Positions 51,509-63,000 of a stretch of DNA of 64,000 bases are shown in pieces. Within the stretch, counting starts at the first letter, position 1. The number at the start of each line of letters is the position of its first letter. A program made the position numbers and the translations under genes. The stretch comes from an uncultured archaeon (GTDB taxonomy: Archaea; Asgardarchaeota; Heimdallarchaeia; Heimdallarchaeales; Heimdallarchaeaceae), in contig CAZHRF010000001.1 in NCBI GenBank assembly GCA_964534625.1, forward strand, positions 32,001 to 96,000, written 5' to 3'. The notes beneath the pieces are model-generated. The model did no database searches. It was not told the origin of the DNA and worked only from the letters and a program-made list of their open reading frames with translations.

Positions 51509-52435
51509 TCATATTTTTTTCGTCTTCTCTCTTATTGAAATTATAACAATGGAAAAGAAGACTAAAATTCCTCCAGTAATTGTCCAAATCGTTGGGATTT
51601 CAGTAAATAAAATGGCTTCTAAAACGAAAGCGACCAAAACTTCAATAAGCATTAAAATACTACTTGGTCCTGCTTCAATTTGTTTAAGCCCATACGTATA
51701 TAATCCAAATGCAACAACAGTACAGATGATAGATAAATAGCATACAGCTAATACAGACTCAAAAGTGATTTGTAAGGATATTTCCCTAATTGAATATTGA
51801 AAAAATACAAAGGGTAAACATGATAATAGAAAAAGAGTAGTCCATAAAAGTGTAACAGAGAAAATGTCAAAACTTGAATGCTTTGGATTTTTATTCAAAA
51901 AATTCTTTGAAATAATGATATATGCTGTCCAAGCTAAACTTGAAAGAAGAATGATTAAATCTCCCATTATAGTACCCTTACTTAATTGAGAGAAGTTAAG
52001 ATTAGTAGAAATAAAAAAAACCCCTGAAACACCTATTACTCCACTAATTAAAACGGACCAATGATACTTCTCTTTAAGTACTAAAGGTGAAAAAATTGGA
52101 ACTATGATGACATAAAAATTTACAAACAGTGATGCTTTACCAGCTGTTGTGTTTTGTTGTCCAATAAACTGAGATAGAAAAGCTAATGCATTTATTAATC
52201 CTATAATTATTACATCCTTCTTCAGAAGTAGTTTTTTTATTTTTTGTATTCTAGATAAAAAGAACGGTGTTAAGATGATAACCGCAAGAGAAAATCGAAA
52301 AAAAACAAAAAGGACGGGAGTAATATATTCTAATCCCCATCTTACTGCAATAAAGCTTGTGCCCCAAAGAATTGCAGCTAAAACTATCAAAAGTAGTGGA
52401 TACATATTTGAAATCTGATCATGATTAACCGACAT
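51509..52435 (-). CDS. DMT/EamA-family transporter
   Basis: 10 TM; LWGTSF, FFRF, LKEK, GDLIILLSSLAW, E.LVA. Confidence 0.92.
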   Translation of the reverse strand: MSVNHDQISNMYPLLLIVLAAILWGTSFIAVRWGLEYITPVLFVFFRFSLAVIILTPFFLSRIQKIKKLLLKKDVIIIGLINALAFLSQFIGQQNTTAGKASLFVNFYVIIVPIFSPLVLKEKYHWSVLISGVIGVSGVFFISTNLNFSQLSKGTIMGDLIILLSSLAWTAYIIISKNFLNKNPKHSSFDIFSVTLLWTTLFLLSCLPFVFFQYSIREISLQITFESVLAVCYLSIICTVVAFGLYTYGLKQIEAGPSSILMLIEVLVAFVLEAILFTEIPTIWTITGGILVFFSIVIISIREKTKKI

Positions 52436-52491
52436 AAGGGTATTTTTCTCCCTATGAGTTTATATACTAATCTCTAACTATATTAATTAGT

Positions 52492-53439
52492 ATGTCTAGA
52501 AACTTGTTACCATTATTACTATTAAAACATATGGGGATTATCAAAGGGAACACACAATTCCAGAAATTAATGTTTTTATTAAATTTTGAGTACAATGTAG
52601 ATACAAGATATGTCTTTGAGCCTTGGAAATATGGTCCTTATTGTGAAATCTTATCTCAAGATGTAGACACATTAACAGAATATGGTTACATTTATCATGA
52701 GAAAAAAGAACTAACAGAAGGAGAAAAAATTAATCGGTATCAGTTGACTGAATATGGCGAACAATGTCTTCTTGAACATGAAATCAATCAATCTGTTGAA
52801 TCAATAATTGAAGATTTATGTCAAAATTTCGGAAATTTAGCATTAAGAGCATTAATTGAATATATATATGAAAAATATCCAGACTATACAATAAAGTCAG
52901 AAATAAAAGACGAATATTGTCATCCCAATCCAAAGCTTTCTGGCTTTAAACCCGCGAATGAGTTGATAATGAAGCCAACAATCAGTCCTTCATTTGTTGA
53001 TTGGTTGGAGGATGAGTTAAAAGAAACCAAGGAGAGATTGAATGTTGTAGACGCTCCTGTTTTTCAAAATGAAGCAGAGACCCCAGTAGATGAAATCATA
53101 TTATCGATGCTTGATATCGCATATGAAGATCTAAATGAACAAGCACAAAATATTACTACTGAAATAGCCATACATGACTATGAAGAATCTGGTAATATAA
53201 ATAATCAAATCTATTTTATCTTGGAAATGATTCATGAGATGCTAAATGCATTAACAGAAAATGATATTATTGGAGTATTCACGGAATTTGCTAATATTCA
53301 AACAAATATGCAAATGCTGCATGAAAGACTAGAGTTGCACGCTTTATCGTTAAAATCTGCATTAATAAGAAAGGTACAAGAGTTCATGGGTGAGGTAAAT
53401 TACTTACTTGAGAGTATAGACAAACTAATTATGTTATGA
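52492..53439 (+). CDS. YwgA/Panacea (DUF4065/SocA-like) wHTH N-terminal domain plus acidic helical C-terminal domain
   Basis: IKGNTQFQKLMFLL...YVFEPWKYGPYC..L..DV..L...G.I...YQLTEYG...LIEYIYEKYP. Confidence 0.7.
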   Translation: MSRNLLPLLLLKHMGIIKGNTQFQKLMFLLNFEYNVDTRYVFEPWKYGPYCEILSQDVDTLTEYGYIYHEKKELTEGEKINRYQLTEYGEQCLLEHEINQSVESIIEDLCQNFGNLALRALIEYIYEKYPDYTIKSEIKDEYCHPNPKLSGFKPANELIMKPTISPSFVDWLEDELKETKERLNVVDAPVFQNEAETPVDEIILSMLDIAYEDLNEQAQNITTEIAIHDYEESGNINNQIYFILEMIHEMLNALTENDIIGVFTEFANIQTNMQMLHERLELHALSLKSALIRKVQEFMGEVNYLLESIDKLIML

Positions 53440-53449
53440 TGTTTAAAAA

Positions 53450-53516
53450 CACTCCCCCAAAAGGTTAGGGGGGTGAAAATGTCCCCCTTCTCATAGAGAG
53501 GTTGATTGGTTTTTTT
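53450..53516 (+). other. G/C-tract hairpin element between the YwgA-like and LAGLIDADG genes
   Basis: CACTCCCC (53450-57) pairs with GGGGGGTG (53468-75); alternative partner CCCCC (53483-87); short CTTCTC/GAGAGG hairpin then a T-run. Confidence 0.45.
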
Positions 53517-53533
53517 GCAAGAGAAGCTGTACT

Positions 53534-54610
53534 TTGAAGATGTGGATCATGAAAATGGAAATGAGTGAGGAACAAAAAAGATTGGTCAAGCTGTATATGG
53601 GTAATTTGATGGGTCTCAAACAAATAGGTTTTCAAACAAATCAAGATCCTAGGACATTTAAGAAGAAAATAACTTCACTAGGTATAGAAATACCTTATCC
53701 TGGTTCTATCTGGACAAAAATGAAAAAACATATTGAAGGAGCCTATCTTAATTCCATACCTTATTGGTTAATAGAAGTTATTTCTGGAATCATGTTAGGT
53801 GATGGAAGTATGAGATTACAGAGTAAAACTTTTTTTCACCCAAATCATCCAACATTAGAGCATTATAAAGTAACAATAAACTTGTTAAATGAAATACAAG
53901 AAAAGGTAAAAGAGGGTTTAAGCTTAACGAAAACTGATGTAAGGGAATGGAATAAAGGCATTCAGACTATTAGATATATAAATACAGCAAACTTAAGGAT
54001 GCACAAATCAATCTTGGAACTAGAATGGGTAAAAGTATTAGCTAAAATATTCAATGAATACTTTCAGATTCAGCCTTTTGTAAAAAAAAATTTAACTAAA
54101 TCAACAAAATGGTCATGTGGGTTTGATACTTCATCTAGTGTACAACTATTTAAAATCTGGAAACAATGGTATAGAGTTGAAGGAGACAAACAGTCTAAAA
54201 TCCTACCAAATATCGTTAAAATAACGCCAAATGTGCTTCTACATTGGTATGTTGGAGATGGATATTATTGTAATACAGATATATCCTTATGTTCCCACAA
54301 TTTTACATGGAAAGAACAAGATATGTTAGTTTGTTTATTGAAAGAACAAAATATAAAAGCTACAATAAGAGAAAAAAGCGGTGTTTATTATGTCGGAATA
54401 TCTACAAAAGAGAGTAATAAAGAAATTTTCTTTGAGTACATAAGGCGAGCAAAATTTTACAAACAAGCAAAAAAACTGTTCCCACATAAATTTAGTGCAA
54501 AGATAACGAAAAGAAAGATAGTAAAAAAAATGAAAATTGAACATCCAGAATATTTTAAGAATAGTCCTGAAATAAGAAAAAAAATATTGATAAAACTTTC
54601 AGAAATGTAA
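53534..54610 (+). CDS. Free-standing LAGLIDADG homing-endonuclease-like protein with N-terminal HTH (start probably 53549-53561)
   Basis: Two motifs EVISGIMLGDGSM and VLLHWYVGDG; WKQWY and SLCSHNFT typical of LAGLIDADG_2; no intein or intron host visible. Confidence 0.85.
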   Translation: MKMWIMKMEMSEEQKRLVKLYMGNLMGLKQIGFQTNQDPRTFKKKITSLGIEIPYPGSIWTKMKKHIEGAYLNSIPYWLIEVISGIMLGDGSMRLQSKTFFHPNHPTLEHYKVTINLLNEIQEKVKEGLSLTKTDVREWNKGIQTIRYINTANLRMHKSILELEWVKVLAKIFNEYFQIQPFVKKNLTKSTKWSCGFDTSSSVQLFKIWKQWYRVEGDKQSKILPNIVKITPNVLLHWYVGDGYYCNTDISLCSHNFTWKEQDMLVCLLKEQNIKATIREKSGVYYVGISTKESNKEIFFEYIRRAKFYKQAKKLFPHKFSAKITKRKIVKKMKIEHPEYFKNSPEIRKKILIKLSEM

Positions 54611-54631
54611 AAAATTAAGAAAGAGAAAAAA

Positions 54632-57355
54632 TCAGTTTTTCTCATATTTTAAAGTAGCGTGTGCAGCAGCTATTCGAGCACTAGGAACTCTGAAAGGAGA
54701 ACAACTGACATAATCCAAGCCAATTTTGTAACAAAATTCAATTGAACGAGGATCACCGCCTTGTTCACCGCATATACCTATTTCTAATTTTTCATTTGTT
54801 TTTCTTCCATCTTTTACGCACATTTCCATTAATTTTCCGACACCTTTTTCTTCTATTGATACAAATGGATCTCTTTCAATTAATCCCATTTCCATATACT
54901 TTGAAATAATTTTTCCCGCATCATCTCTGCTGAACCCTAGTGTCATTTGATGTAAATCGTTTGTTCCAAACGAATAGAAATCTGCTCCTTTTTCTCCTCC
55001 CGCTATTTCTGCACTTGTTAGCGTCGCTCTTGGTACTTCAATCATTGTTCCTATGAGATATTTGAATGTTACTCCTTCTTCTTCAAAAACCTCTTTAGCC
55101 ACGTCTTCTATATATTTTCTTTGGTTTTTAAACTCTGATTCAAACCCTATTAAAGGGATCATAACCTCGGGATATACGTCCTTCCCTAGTTTTTTCACTT
55201 TAGCAGCAGCTTTAAAGATAGCTCTTGCTTGCATTTTCGTAACTTCGGGCATTGTAATCCCCAATCTACATCCCCTAAGGCCAAGCATTGGATTCTGTTC
55301 ATGCATATCTCGAACTATTTCTAGTAGTTCATATTTTTCTTTTAATTCTTCTCTTGATACTCCTTCTAGACGTTTCTCATATATCTCAATAAGTAACTCT
55401 TCTTGTTTTGGTAGAAACTCATGCAGTGGAGGATCAATTAATCTTATGATCACTGGTTTTCCTTCAGCAACATTGAATAATCCTTCAAAGTCTTTCTGTT
55501 GAATTGGTTCTAATTGATCAATGTGTTTTTGTCTTTCTTCTTCTGTTTTAGCAAGAATCATTGATCTCACTATATCAAGTGCTTCAAAAAACATATGTTC
55601 TGTTCTACAGAGACCAATACCCTCTGCACCGAAATCTAATGCTTTTTGGAATTGATCTGCTTTATCCGCATTTGCTTTTACACCAATTTTTGCGATATCA
55701 TCTGCCCAATCCAAAATTTTTGACATACTTTCAGGTAATTCAGCCGGGGTTGTTGGTAGCTCACCTTTATAAATGGTACCATCTGTTCCGTCGATAGTAA
55801 CCCATTCTCCTTCTTTGATCAATAAACCATTACCTTTTAATTGGCATGTTTCAATATCAATCTTTATTCCCCCTCTCTCACTTCCGACAATACATGCTTT
55901 ACCGATCTGTCTTGCCACAATCGCTGCATGAGATGTTAAACCACCTTTTAATGTCAAAATACCTTTAGACGCGGCCATACCATGAAAATCTTCGGGAGTT
56001 GTTTCAACGCGAACTAAAATTGTTTCTTCACCTTTTTTAGCTGCTTCTTCAGCTCTATCTGCATCAAAGTACGCCTTACCAGAAGCAACTGCAGCTCCTG
56101 CTGCTAAACCAGTTCCAAGTAGTTTTTTTTCTAAATCTTTCTTTATTTCTTCACTTGATTTATAGGGATCAATTTCTTTCCAATTCAAACTTGGAAACAA
56201 AGAATTATCAACATCCGATGGTAAAATGCGTTGTACAGCTTCTTTTTTAGTGATTAGTTCCTCTTGCACCATGTCATAAGATATATTACCCGCTGCAATA
56301 CCTGTCCTTTTACCAGAACGGGTTTGAAGCATATAAAGTGTTCCTTCTTCAATAGTGAATTCCATATCTTGCATGTCTCTATAATACTTTTCAAGATCCT
56401 TTGCAATAGTAATTAGTTGCTCATAAACCTTTGGCATGTCCTCTTTAAGATTCTCTATCTCTTCTGGCGTTCTAATTCCTGCAACAACATCTTCACCCTG
56501 TGCATTGATTAAATATTCACCATAAACTTTCTTTTCACCTGTTGATGGATTGCGGGTAAAAGCCACACCTGTTGCTGATGAATCGCCTTTATTCCCAAAA
56601 ACCATGGTTTGAATATTAACCGCTGTTCCTAAATCGTGGGGAATATCTTGATAATTCCGATAATCTATAGCTCTTTTATTATTCCAGCTATTAAAAACTG
56701 CTCTAATAGCCTTATCTAGTTGATCACGTGGATTCTGTGGGAAGTCTTCTCCCAGATGTTCTTTGTAAATGGATTTATTTATTTGTACAAGTTTTTTAAG
56801 CTCTTCTGCAGGGATCTTAGCGTCAGATTCGACACCAATTTCCTCTTTTACTTTTTCAAGTTTCTTCTCGAAATGAGCTTTTGATAGTCCCATAACAACA
56901 TCAGCAAACATGTAAATGAACCGTCGATAACTATCGTAAGCAAATCTAGTATTATTTGTAGATTTGGCTAATCCTTCAACGGAAACATCATTTAAACCTA
57001 AATTTAGCACAGTATCCATCATACCTGGCATACTAATTGCTGCACCAGAGCGGACAGAGACAAGTAATGGGTCTTCGTTATCGCCTAATGTTTTTCCAAT
57101 TTGTTTTTCTAAGGCTTCTAATGCATCATCTATCTGTTCTTTTAATCCTTCTGGATACTCATTGTTGTTGTCTAAAAAGTGCAAACAAGCTTTGGTTGAA
57201 ATCACAAATCCAGGAGGTACGGGTAATCCTATAGAGGTCATTTGAGCAAGATTAGCTCCTTTTCCTCCAAGTAGGGATTTCATACTAGCGTCTGCTTCGC
57301 AAATATTTTTTTTAAAGAATTTATATACGTATTTTTCACTCATAATAATAGGCAC
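54632..57355 (-). CDS. ppdK: Pyruvate, phosphate dikinase (start probably 57343)
   Basis: LGGKGANL, SVRSGA..SMPGMMDTVLN, GGLTSHAAIVAR, GIGLCRTEHM, FGTNDL. Confidence 0.98.
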   Translation of the reverse strand: MPIIMSEKYVYKFFKKNICEADASMKSLLGGKGANLAQMTSIGLPVPPGFVISTKACLHFLDNNNEYPEGLKEQIDDALEALEKQIGKTLGDNEDPLLVSVRSGAAISMPGMMDTVLNLGLNDVSVEGLAKSTNNTRFAYDSYRRFIYMFADVVMGLSKAHFEKKLEKVKEEIGVESDAKIPAEELKKLVQINKSIYKEHLGEDFPQNPRDQLDKAIRAVFNSWNNKRAIDYRNYQDIPHDLGTAVNIQTMVFGNKGDSSATGVAFTRNPSTGEKKVYGEYLINAQGEDVVAGIRTPEEIENLKEDMPKVYEQLITIAKDLEKYYRDMQDMEFTIEEGTLYMLQTRSGKRTGIAAGNISYDMVQEELITKKEAVQRILPSDVDNSLFPSLNWKEIDPYKSSEEIKKDLEKKLLGTGLAAGAAVASGKAYFDADRAEEAAKKGEETILVRVETTPEDFHGMAASKGILTLKGGLTSHAAIVARQIGKACIVGSERGGIKIDIETCQLKGNGLLIKEGEWVTIDGTDGTIYKGELPTTPAELPESMSKILDWADDIAKIGVKANADKADQFQKALDFGAEGIGLCRTEHMFFEALDIVRSMILAKTEEERQKHIDQLEPIQQKDFEGLFNVAEGKPVIIRLIDPPLHEFLPKQEELLIEIYEKRLEGVSREELKEKYELLEIVRDMHEQNPMLGLRGCRLGITMPEVTKMQARAIFKAAAKVKKLGKDVYPEVMIPLIGFESEFKNQRKYIEDVAKEVFEEEGVTFKYLIGTMIEVPRATLTSAEIAGGEKGADFYSFGTNDLHQMTLGFSRDDAGKIISKYMEMGLIERDPFVSIEEKGVGKLMEMCVKDGRKTNEKLEIGICGEQGGDPRSIEFCYKIGLDYVSCSPFRVPSARIAAAHATLKYEKN

Positions 57356-57676
57356 CTGTTTGGTTTCCTTATTAAATAATAGTCAAATCAATCTCGGAGT
57401 ATTTGTTTTTTAATATTATGATTCATTTCATTTTTATTTACAAATATTACATTACGTATGTTAAAACTGTATTGGCTTTTATTAATTGAAAGTATTATCA
57501 TTTAACCATATTTCTTTCGTAAAAATATTTCTTTATGCGGTATAATAACTCTCGAGTTTATAGGAATGCGTAACCAAAGTTTTAGATATAACTTCTTATA
57601 TCTATTAAAAACATCTCTTCCAATTATCTCTATATTAAGACAATATTTAACAAACTAGTAAATTTTAGTATATTTA

Positions 57677-58489
57677 ATGCATGAAAAATTAATATTACTA
57701 ACAAATGACGATGGAATTAATTCGCTTGGCTTACAATCTCTCTATGAAGTTATAAAAGACAAGGGAAACACCATATGTGTCGCCCCCGTATCACCTAGTT
57801 CTGCTGTATCCAAATCCTTAACTTTTCATAAACCTATTAGATATAGCAAATACACTTTTCCTGATGGAAAGAAAGGGTATAGTACCACAGGTTCGCCTGC
57901 AGATAATGTTCTCGTTGGTATACATTTATTGAAGAAAAAACCGGATCTTGTAGTAAGTGGCATTAATTATGGTGATAATTCATCGATACATTCAATGCTA
58001 ACTTCTGGAACTTGTGCAGCGGCATTTGAAGCTTATTTTAATAAGATACCCGCTGTGGCCTTTTCAACCTCTCTCTCTCATGATTCACAATTAATTGAGC
58101 AAAAGGGTATTGATTTCAGTAAATTTGCAATGGTGTCTGGTGCAATAGTTGAACTACTACTTGAGATTGAGTGGCCCATAGGCTTAGCTTTTTTAAATGT
58201 AAATTTTCCCGCTACAATAAATTCTGAAACAAAAGTACATGTCACGTATCCGACTTTATATAAATATGATAACTATATGGTACAGAAAGATGATCCAAGG
58301 GGTCTGCCCTATTTGTGGCTTTGGGGTGAGCGCAAGACAACTTTTCCCGAGGGTAGTGACACATGGGCTGTTGTTCAGAAGAAAGGAATTAGTGTAACAC
58401 CTATTTCATTAAATTTACATGACATTACTGACCAATCACAAGGTTTAGCTTGTTATATACAAGAACATCTCGATGATTTACCTTTATAA
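57677..58489 (+). CDS. surE: 5'/3'-nucleotidase SurE
   Basis: LTNDDG, GSPAD, SGINYG.N, SGT, NVNFP, SVTP. Confidence 0.96.
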   Translation: MHEKLILLTNDDGINSLGLQSLYEVIKDKGNTICVAPVSPSSAVSKSLTFHKPIRYSKYTFPDGKKGYSTTGSPADNVLVGIHLLKKKPDLVVSGINYGDNSSIHSMLTSGTCAAAFEAYFNKIPAVAFSTSLSHDSQLIEQKGIDFSKFAMVSGAIVELLLEIEWPIGLAFLNVNFPATINSETKVHVTYPTLYKYDNYMVQKDDPRGLPYLWLWGERKTTFPEGSDTWAVVQKKGISVTPISLNLHDITDQSQGLACYIQEHLDDLPL

Positions 58490-58542
58490 TAGTTTATAGT
58501 AGATTATTTTTGTATCGTTCACTTTAAATAATAATAGCTATA

Positions 58543-59946
58543 GTGTGTGTGCATATGGATCTTCAGAACAGAGAGTACCAAACATATATTCAGAAAGAAA
58601 TAAAGAACCATGTGAAAAAGGACCATAGTGTTATACTTGAATTAGATTGTGGTATGGGAAAACGTGTTATAACTTATAATTTACTTACAAGGATTTTTCC
58701 AGACAAAAAAATAATTGTTTTTTTACAAAATTATTCTTCTCTACAAGAAACATTACATTATCTAGAAGAAGAATATGGTGGAGTTAAGGGTTTAGTAGCC
58801 ATACAGAGTGGATATAATTCTGACTATAGGAGAACATTAATACAAAATAATAGAGTAATCCTTTCATTACCAATTGTTTTCAATAATACATTAGAAAAAT
58901 ATCCTAAAATTATTAATGATTTGGACATTGTAATAATAAATGAAATTGACCAAATTATTCGAAGAGTATCTCAAAAAAATGTTCTCTGTGTGCCTTGGAA
59001 CAAATTAATTCCAAAGTTGAAGCATATAAAATTTATAGGTATGAGTGGAACATTACGTGACAATCATACAATTTTTGATGATGATCAACTCAAAATAAGA
59101 AATGAATTGAAGACACTACGTGACGTATTACCCAATGCTAAACTGATTACAATTGAAGATTTTATTGATACGGATTTAAAAGAATATATTAGAAATACAG
59201 AGGTGCATTTAATACCTATTCAAGATAAGAAAACCAAAGCGGTTTTGCTTTTTTTAACTGAAGAAATAAAAAAGGTAAAAACACAAATAATGGCGGATTT
59301 AGAAGAATATGCTCCACATCAACTTAAGAAAGCAAAAGAGAACTTTTATGGAAATTTGGGTTTATTTGATATCGAGACAGAATTATTACAAAAAATAAAT
59401 CGATTGTTGTTGCTTAGAAAGTATGTCTATTCTATGCCCGTTAAGAGTTATACCAATTATCTAAATCGATTTGGTTTTAACAATCAAGTTACAAGTGGAT
59501 TGACACACAGAAGTGGTAAAGAGCTGGAAATCATGAACATAGTAAACCAGCATAAAAAAAGTGCCATACTGTGTTCATATCTATCAACGGTTTATTCGTT
59601 ATCTGAATTAATCGCTGAACAACAAATAAAAACATTTATCGTAACAGGTAAGATTAGAAATAAAAATGAAGTGATTAATAATTTTAAAGAAGCAAAGAAA
59701 AAAGCTGTTTTATTAATGTCTCCAGTTGGAGAACGAGATATTGACATACCAGATACAGATGTTCTAATCGTGTTTGATGTGGTGAACTCAGCAAAGACAA
59801 TTTATCAAAAAATCAAACGGAGTCGAGGGGGAGATGTTTATATCCTTTTTTATGATGAAACACCTGAACGTTCAAAGGTTAGACGAGTAGTTAGTAAAAT
59901 TGTTATTAGATATCCGTGGTCTACTATTTTTTACTCAAAAAATTAA
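58543..59946 (+). CDS. SF2 helicase-like protein (Hef/XPB-like) with degenerate motifs (start probably 58555)
   Basis: REYQ Q-motif, LDCGMGKR (I), IINEID (II), GMSGT (III), VGERDIDIP (V), YQKIKRSR (VI). Confidence 0.8.
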   Translation: MCVHMDLQNREYQTYIQKEIKNHVKKDHSVILELDCGMGKRVITYNLLTRIFPDKKIIVFLQNYSSLQETLHYLEEEYGGVKGLVAIQSGYNSDYRRTLIQNNRVILSLPIVFNNTLEKYPKIINDLDIVIINEIDQIIRRVSQKNVLCVPWNKLIPKLKHIKFIGMSGTLRDNHTIFDDDQLKIRNELKTLRDVLPNAKLITIEDFIDTDLKEYIRNTEVHLIPIQDKKTKAVLLFLTEEIKKVKTQIMADLEEYAPHQLKKAKENFYGNLGLFDIETELLQKINRLLLLRKYVYSMPVKSYTNYLNRFGFNNQVTSGLTHRSGKELEIMNIVNQHKKSAILCSYLSTVYSLSELIAEQQIKTFIVTGKIRNKNEVINNFKEAKKKAVLLMSPVGERDIDIPDTDVLIVFDVVNSAKTIYQKIKRSRGGDVYILFYDETPERSKVRRVVSKIVIRYPWSTIFYSKN

Positions 59947-60044
59947 ACTTCTTTTAATAGAAGTCGTTATTCATAAGCTTTTTATTGGCTAGAAAAGTTT
60001 GGTTACAAGGACAAATAATTTTTATATATTCCGGGATGTTATAA

Positions 60045-63000
60045 ATGAGTAGTAAACTAAATAATAAAAACACAAATGTCCGTTGGACCATCATGAATTC
60101 AATGTTCAAAGAACTTGGTCTTGTACGACAGCATCTTGATTCTTTTAACAATTTTATTGAAAGTGGTCTAAAATCTGTTCTTGAAGAGATAGATGTGATA
60201 GAACCCGAAGATTCAGAATTCTATGTTAAATTAGAAGAGGTTGAAATTGAAGACCCAACCGTTCGTGAAGCAGATGGTTCTCAAACACCTTGTTTCCCAA
60301 TGGAAGCAAGAATTAGAAATCTGACTTATGCTTCAAGGTTGAACTTGATTATGACTCCTGTTCATCGAGATCCAAATACGGGAGTTGAGACTCAGAGAGA
60401 AACAACAAAAGTATTTATAGGTTATCTTCCCATCATGTTGAAATCAAGTAAATGTGTTCTAAGTAATTTTTCAAAAGAACAACTAATTAAATATGGAGAA
60501 GATCCAAAGGATCCTGGCGGTTATTTCATAATAAATGGTAGCGAACGAGTAATTGTGACACAAGAAGATCTGGCGCCTAATAGAATACTCACAGAAAGAT
60601 TAACAAAAAAAAGTAACATAACTTCTGAAGCAAAAGTATTTAGTGTGCATCATGGTTTTCGTGCTCCTGTTACTGTTGAGCATACAAAAGATGGACAATT
60701 AAGAGTAAGTTTCCCAAGTATGCCAAGAAAAATTTCTCTTATTTTGTTAATGAGAGCATTGGGAATTGAGAGAGATGATATGATTGCAATGGCTGTTAGT
60801 CCAACTCCTGAATTACGTTCACGGATAATGTCTATTTTGATGCGCGAATCATCTGAAGTAGACACAACAAAAGATGCTCTCGATTACATTGGAAAGAGAG
60901 TGGCTGTTGGTCAAACAAAAGAATATCGTATCAATCGTGCCATGCAAGTACTTGACAAATATTTGCTTCCACATCTTGGAAGTGATGAAGAGTCTAGAAT
61001 AAAGAAAGCGTTTTTCTTGGCAAGAATGGCACAAAGATTACTTGAATTAGAAGAAGGATTAAGAGAACCTGATGATAAAGACCACTATGCAAATAAAAGA
61101 TTAAAATTAGCTGGTGATTTGCTCTTAATGCTATACCGTGTGGCATTCCATGCTCTTTGTAGAGATATTAAATATCAATTAGAGCGAGTAACGGTGAGAG
61201 GTAGAAAACCAAATCTTAAAACAGCAGTACGTGCAGATTTAATAACTGAAAGATTAAAACATGCTTTAGCAACGGGTAATTGGACGGGTGGAAAATCAGG
61301 TGTCAGTCAGCTGCTAGATAGAACAAATTATATGTCTGCCTTGAGTCATTTAAGAAGGGTTGTAAGCCCATTAAGTAGAAGCCAACCCCATTTTGAAGCT
61401 AGAGATCTTCATCCAACACATTTTGGTAAAATTTGTCCAAGTGAAACACCAGAAGGACCTAATTGTGGTCTAGTCAAAAATTTAGCTTTACAAGCTTATA
61501 TTAGTGTGGGTATTAATCCAAATCTGATTGAAAAAGTAATAGTTGATGATCTGGGTGTTCATAAAATAGAAGCAAAAAATCTAACCTCACCAAATTCTCC
61601 ATTCGTTAAATTATTGGCAGATCCTAATACTGCTAAAGTTTTTTTGAATGGTAGTTTCTTAGGTGTGATAGATGATTCCAAAACATTTGTTAATAGTTTC
61701 ATTGAAAAAAGAAGAAAAGGAGAGATTTATCATGACGCAAATATATCTAGTTTTGAGGATACTCACGAAATAAATATAAATTGTGATGCAGGAAGAGTAA
61801 GAAGACCATTGATTATTGTTGAAGATGGAGAATCCCGATTAAAGAAAGAGCATCTGAATTCAATTGCTAATGGTAAATGGGTGTGGACAGATCTCATAAG
61901 AGATAGAGTTATTGAATATGTAGATGCAGAGGAAGAAGAAAATCTACTGATTGCAATTGATGAAAATAAAACGAATCGTGATACAACCCATATGGAAATT
62001 GTCCCAAGTACAATGTTGGGTATTTGCGCTTCCTTGATACCTTTTCCAGAGCATAACCGTTCTGATCGGAATGTGTATGAAGCAGGGATGGCAAAACAAG
62101 CATTAGGGTTGTATGCTGGTAATTTTAGATTTAGAGTTGATACAAGAGCTCACATTTTACATTATCCACAAAAACCTATTGTTAAAACACATGGAATGGA
62201 TCCCATAGGATTTGAAGATAGACCAGCCGGACAAAATTTTGTGGTTGCGTTACTTTCATATGAAGGTTATAATATGGAAGATGCATTATTGATAAATAAA
62301 GCAGCCATAGAAAGGGGCTTGGGTAGAAGTACATTCTATCGTACTTACGATGCCGAAGAAAGAAAGTATCCTAATGGACAAGAAGATACATTCGAAATAC
62401 CAGATGAAACAGTAAGAGGATATAAGGATGAATCTCAATATGTACATCTCGGTGAAGATGGGATAATAGAACCAGAAATAGCAGTTGATGGCAGTAGAGG
62501 CGAAGTTCTTATAGGTAGAACGAGTCCTCCCAGATTTTTAGAAGAATATACGGAATTTGATGTTCCTCCACAAAATCGAAGAGAAACAAGTAAAGCAATA
62601 AGACACGGAGAAAAAGGGATTTCTGATTTAGTTATTCTGTCTGATACAAATGAAGGAAATAGACTCGTTAAAGTAAGAGTTAGATCAGAAAGAATACCAG
62701 AAATTGGAGATAAATTTGCAAGTAGACACGGACAAAAAGGGGTTATTGGTTTGATTGTACCACAAGAAGACATGCCATTTACAGCTGAGGGGATAACCCC
62801 CGACATAATTATCAATCCTCATGCAGTACCAAGTCGTATGACAGTAGGACATCTTATGGAGTTGTTGGCTGGAAAAATTGGTTCGCAAAAAGGGACTTCT
62901 ATGTACGGTACAGCTTTTAGCAAAACGACCCCAAAGCAACTACACGATGAGCTGAAAAACCTAGGTATGAACCCATTAGGACGTGAGGTCATGTATGATG

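Noticed and set aside
53534-54610. LAGLIDADG as part of an intein or an rRNA/tRNA intron
   Set aside because: No intein splicing motifs (N-terminal C, C-terminal HN) and no interrupted host gene on either side
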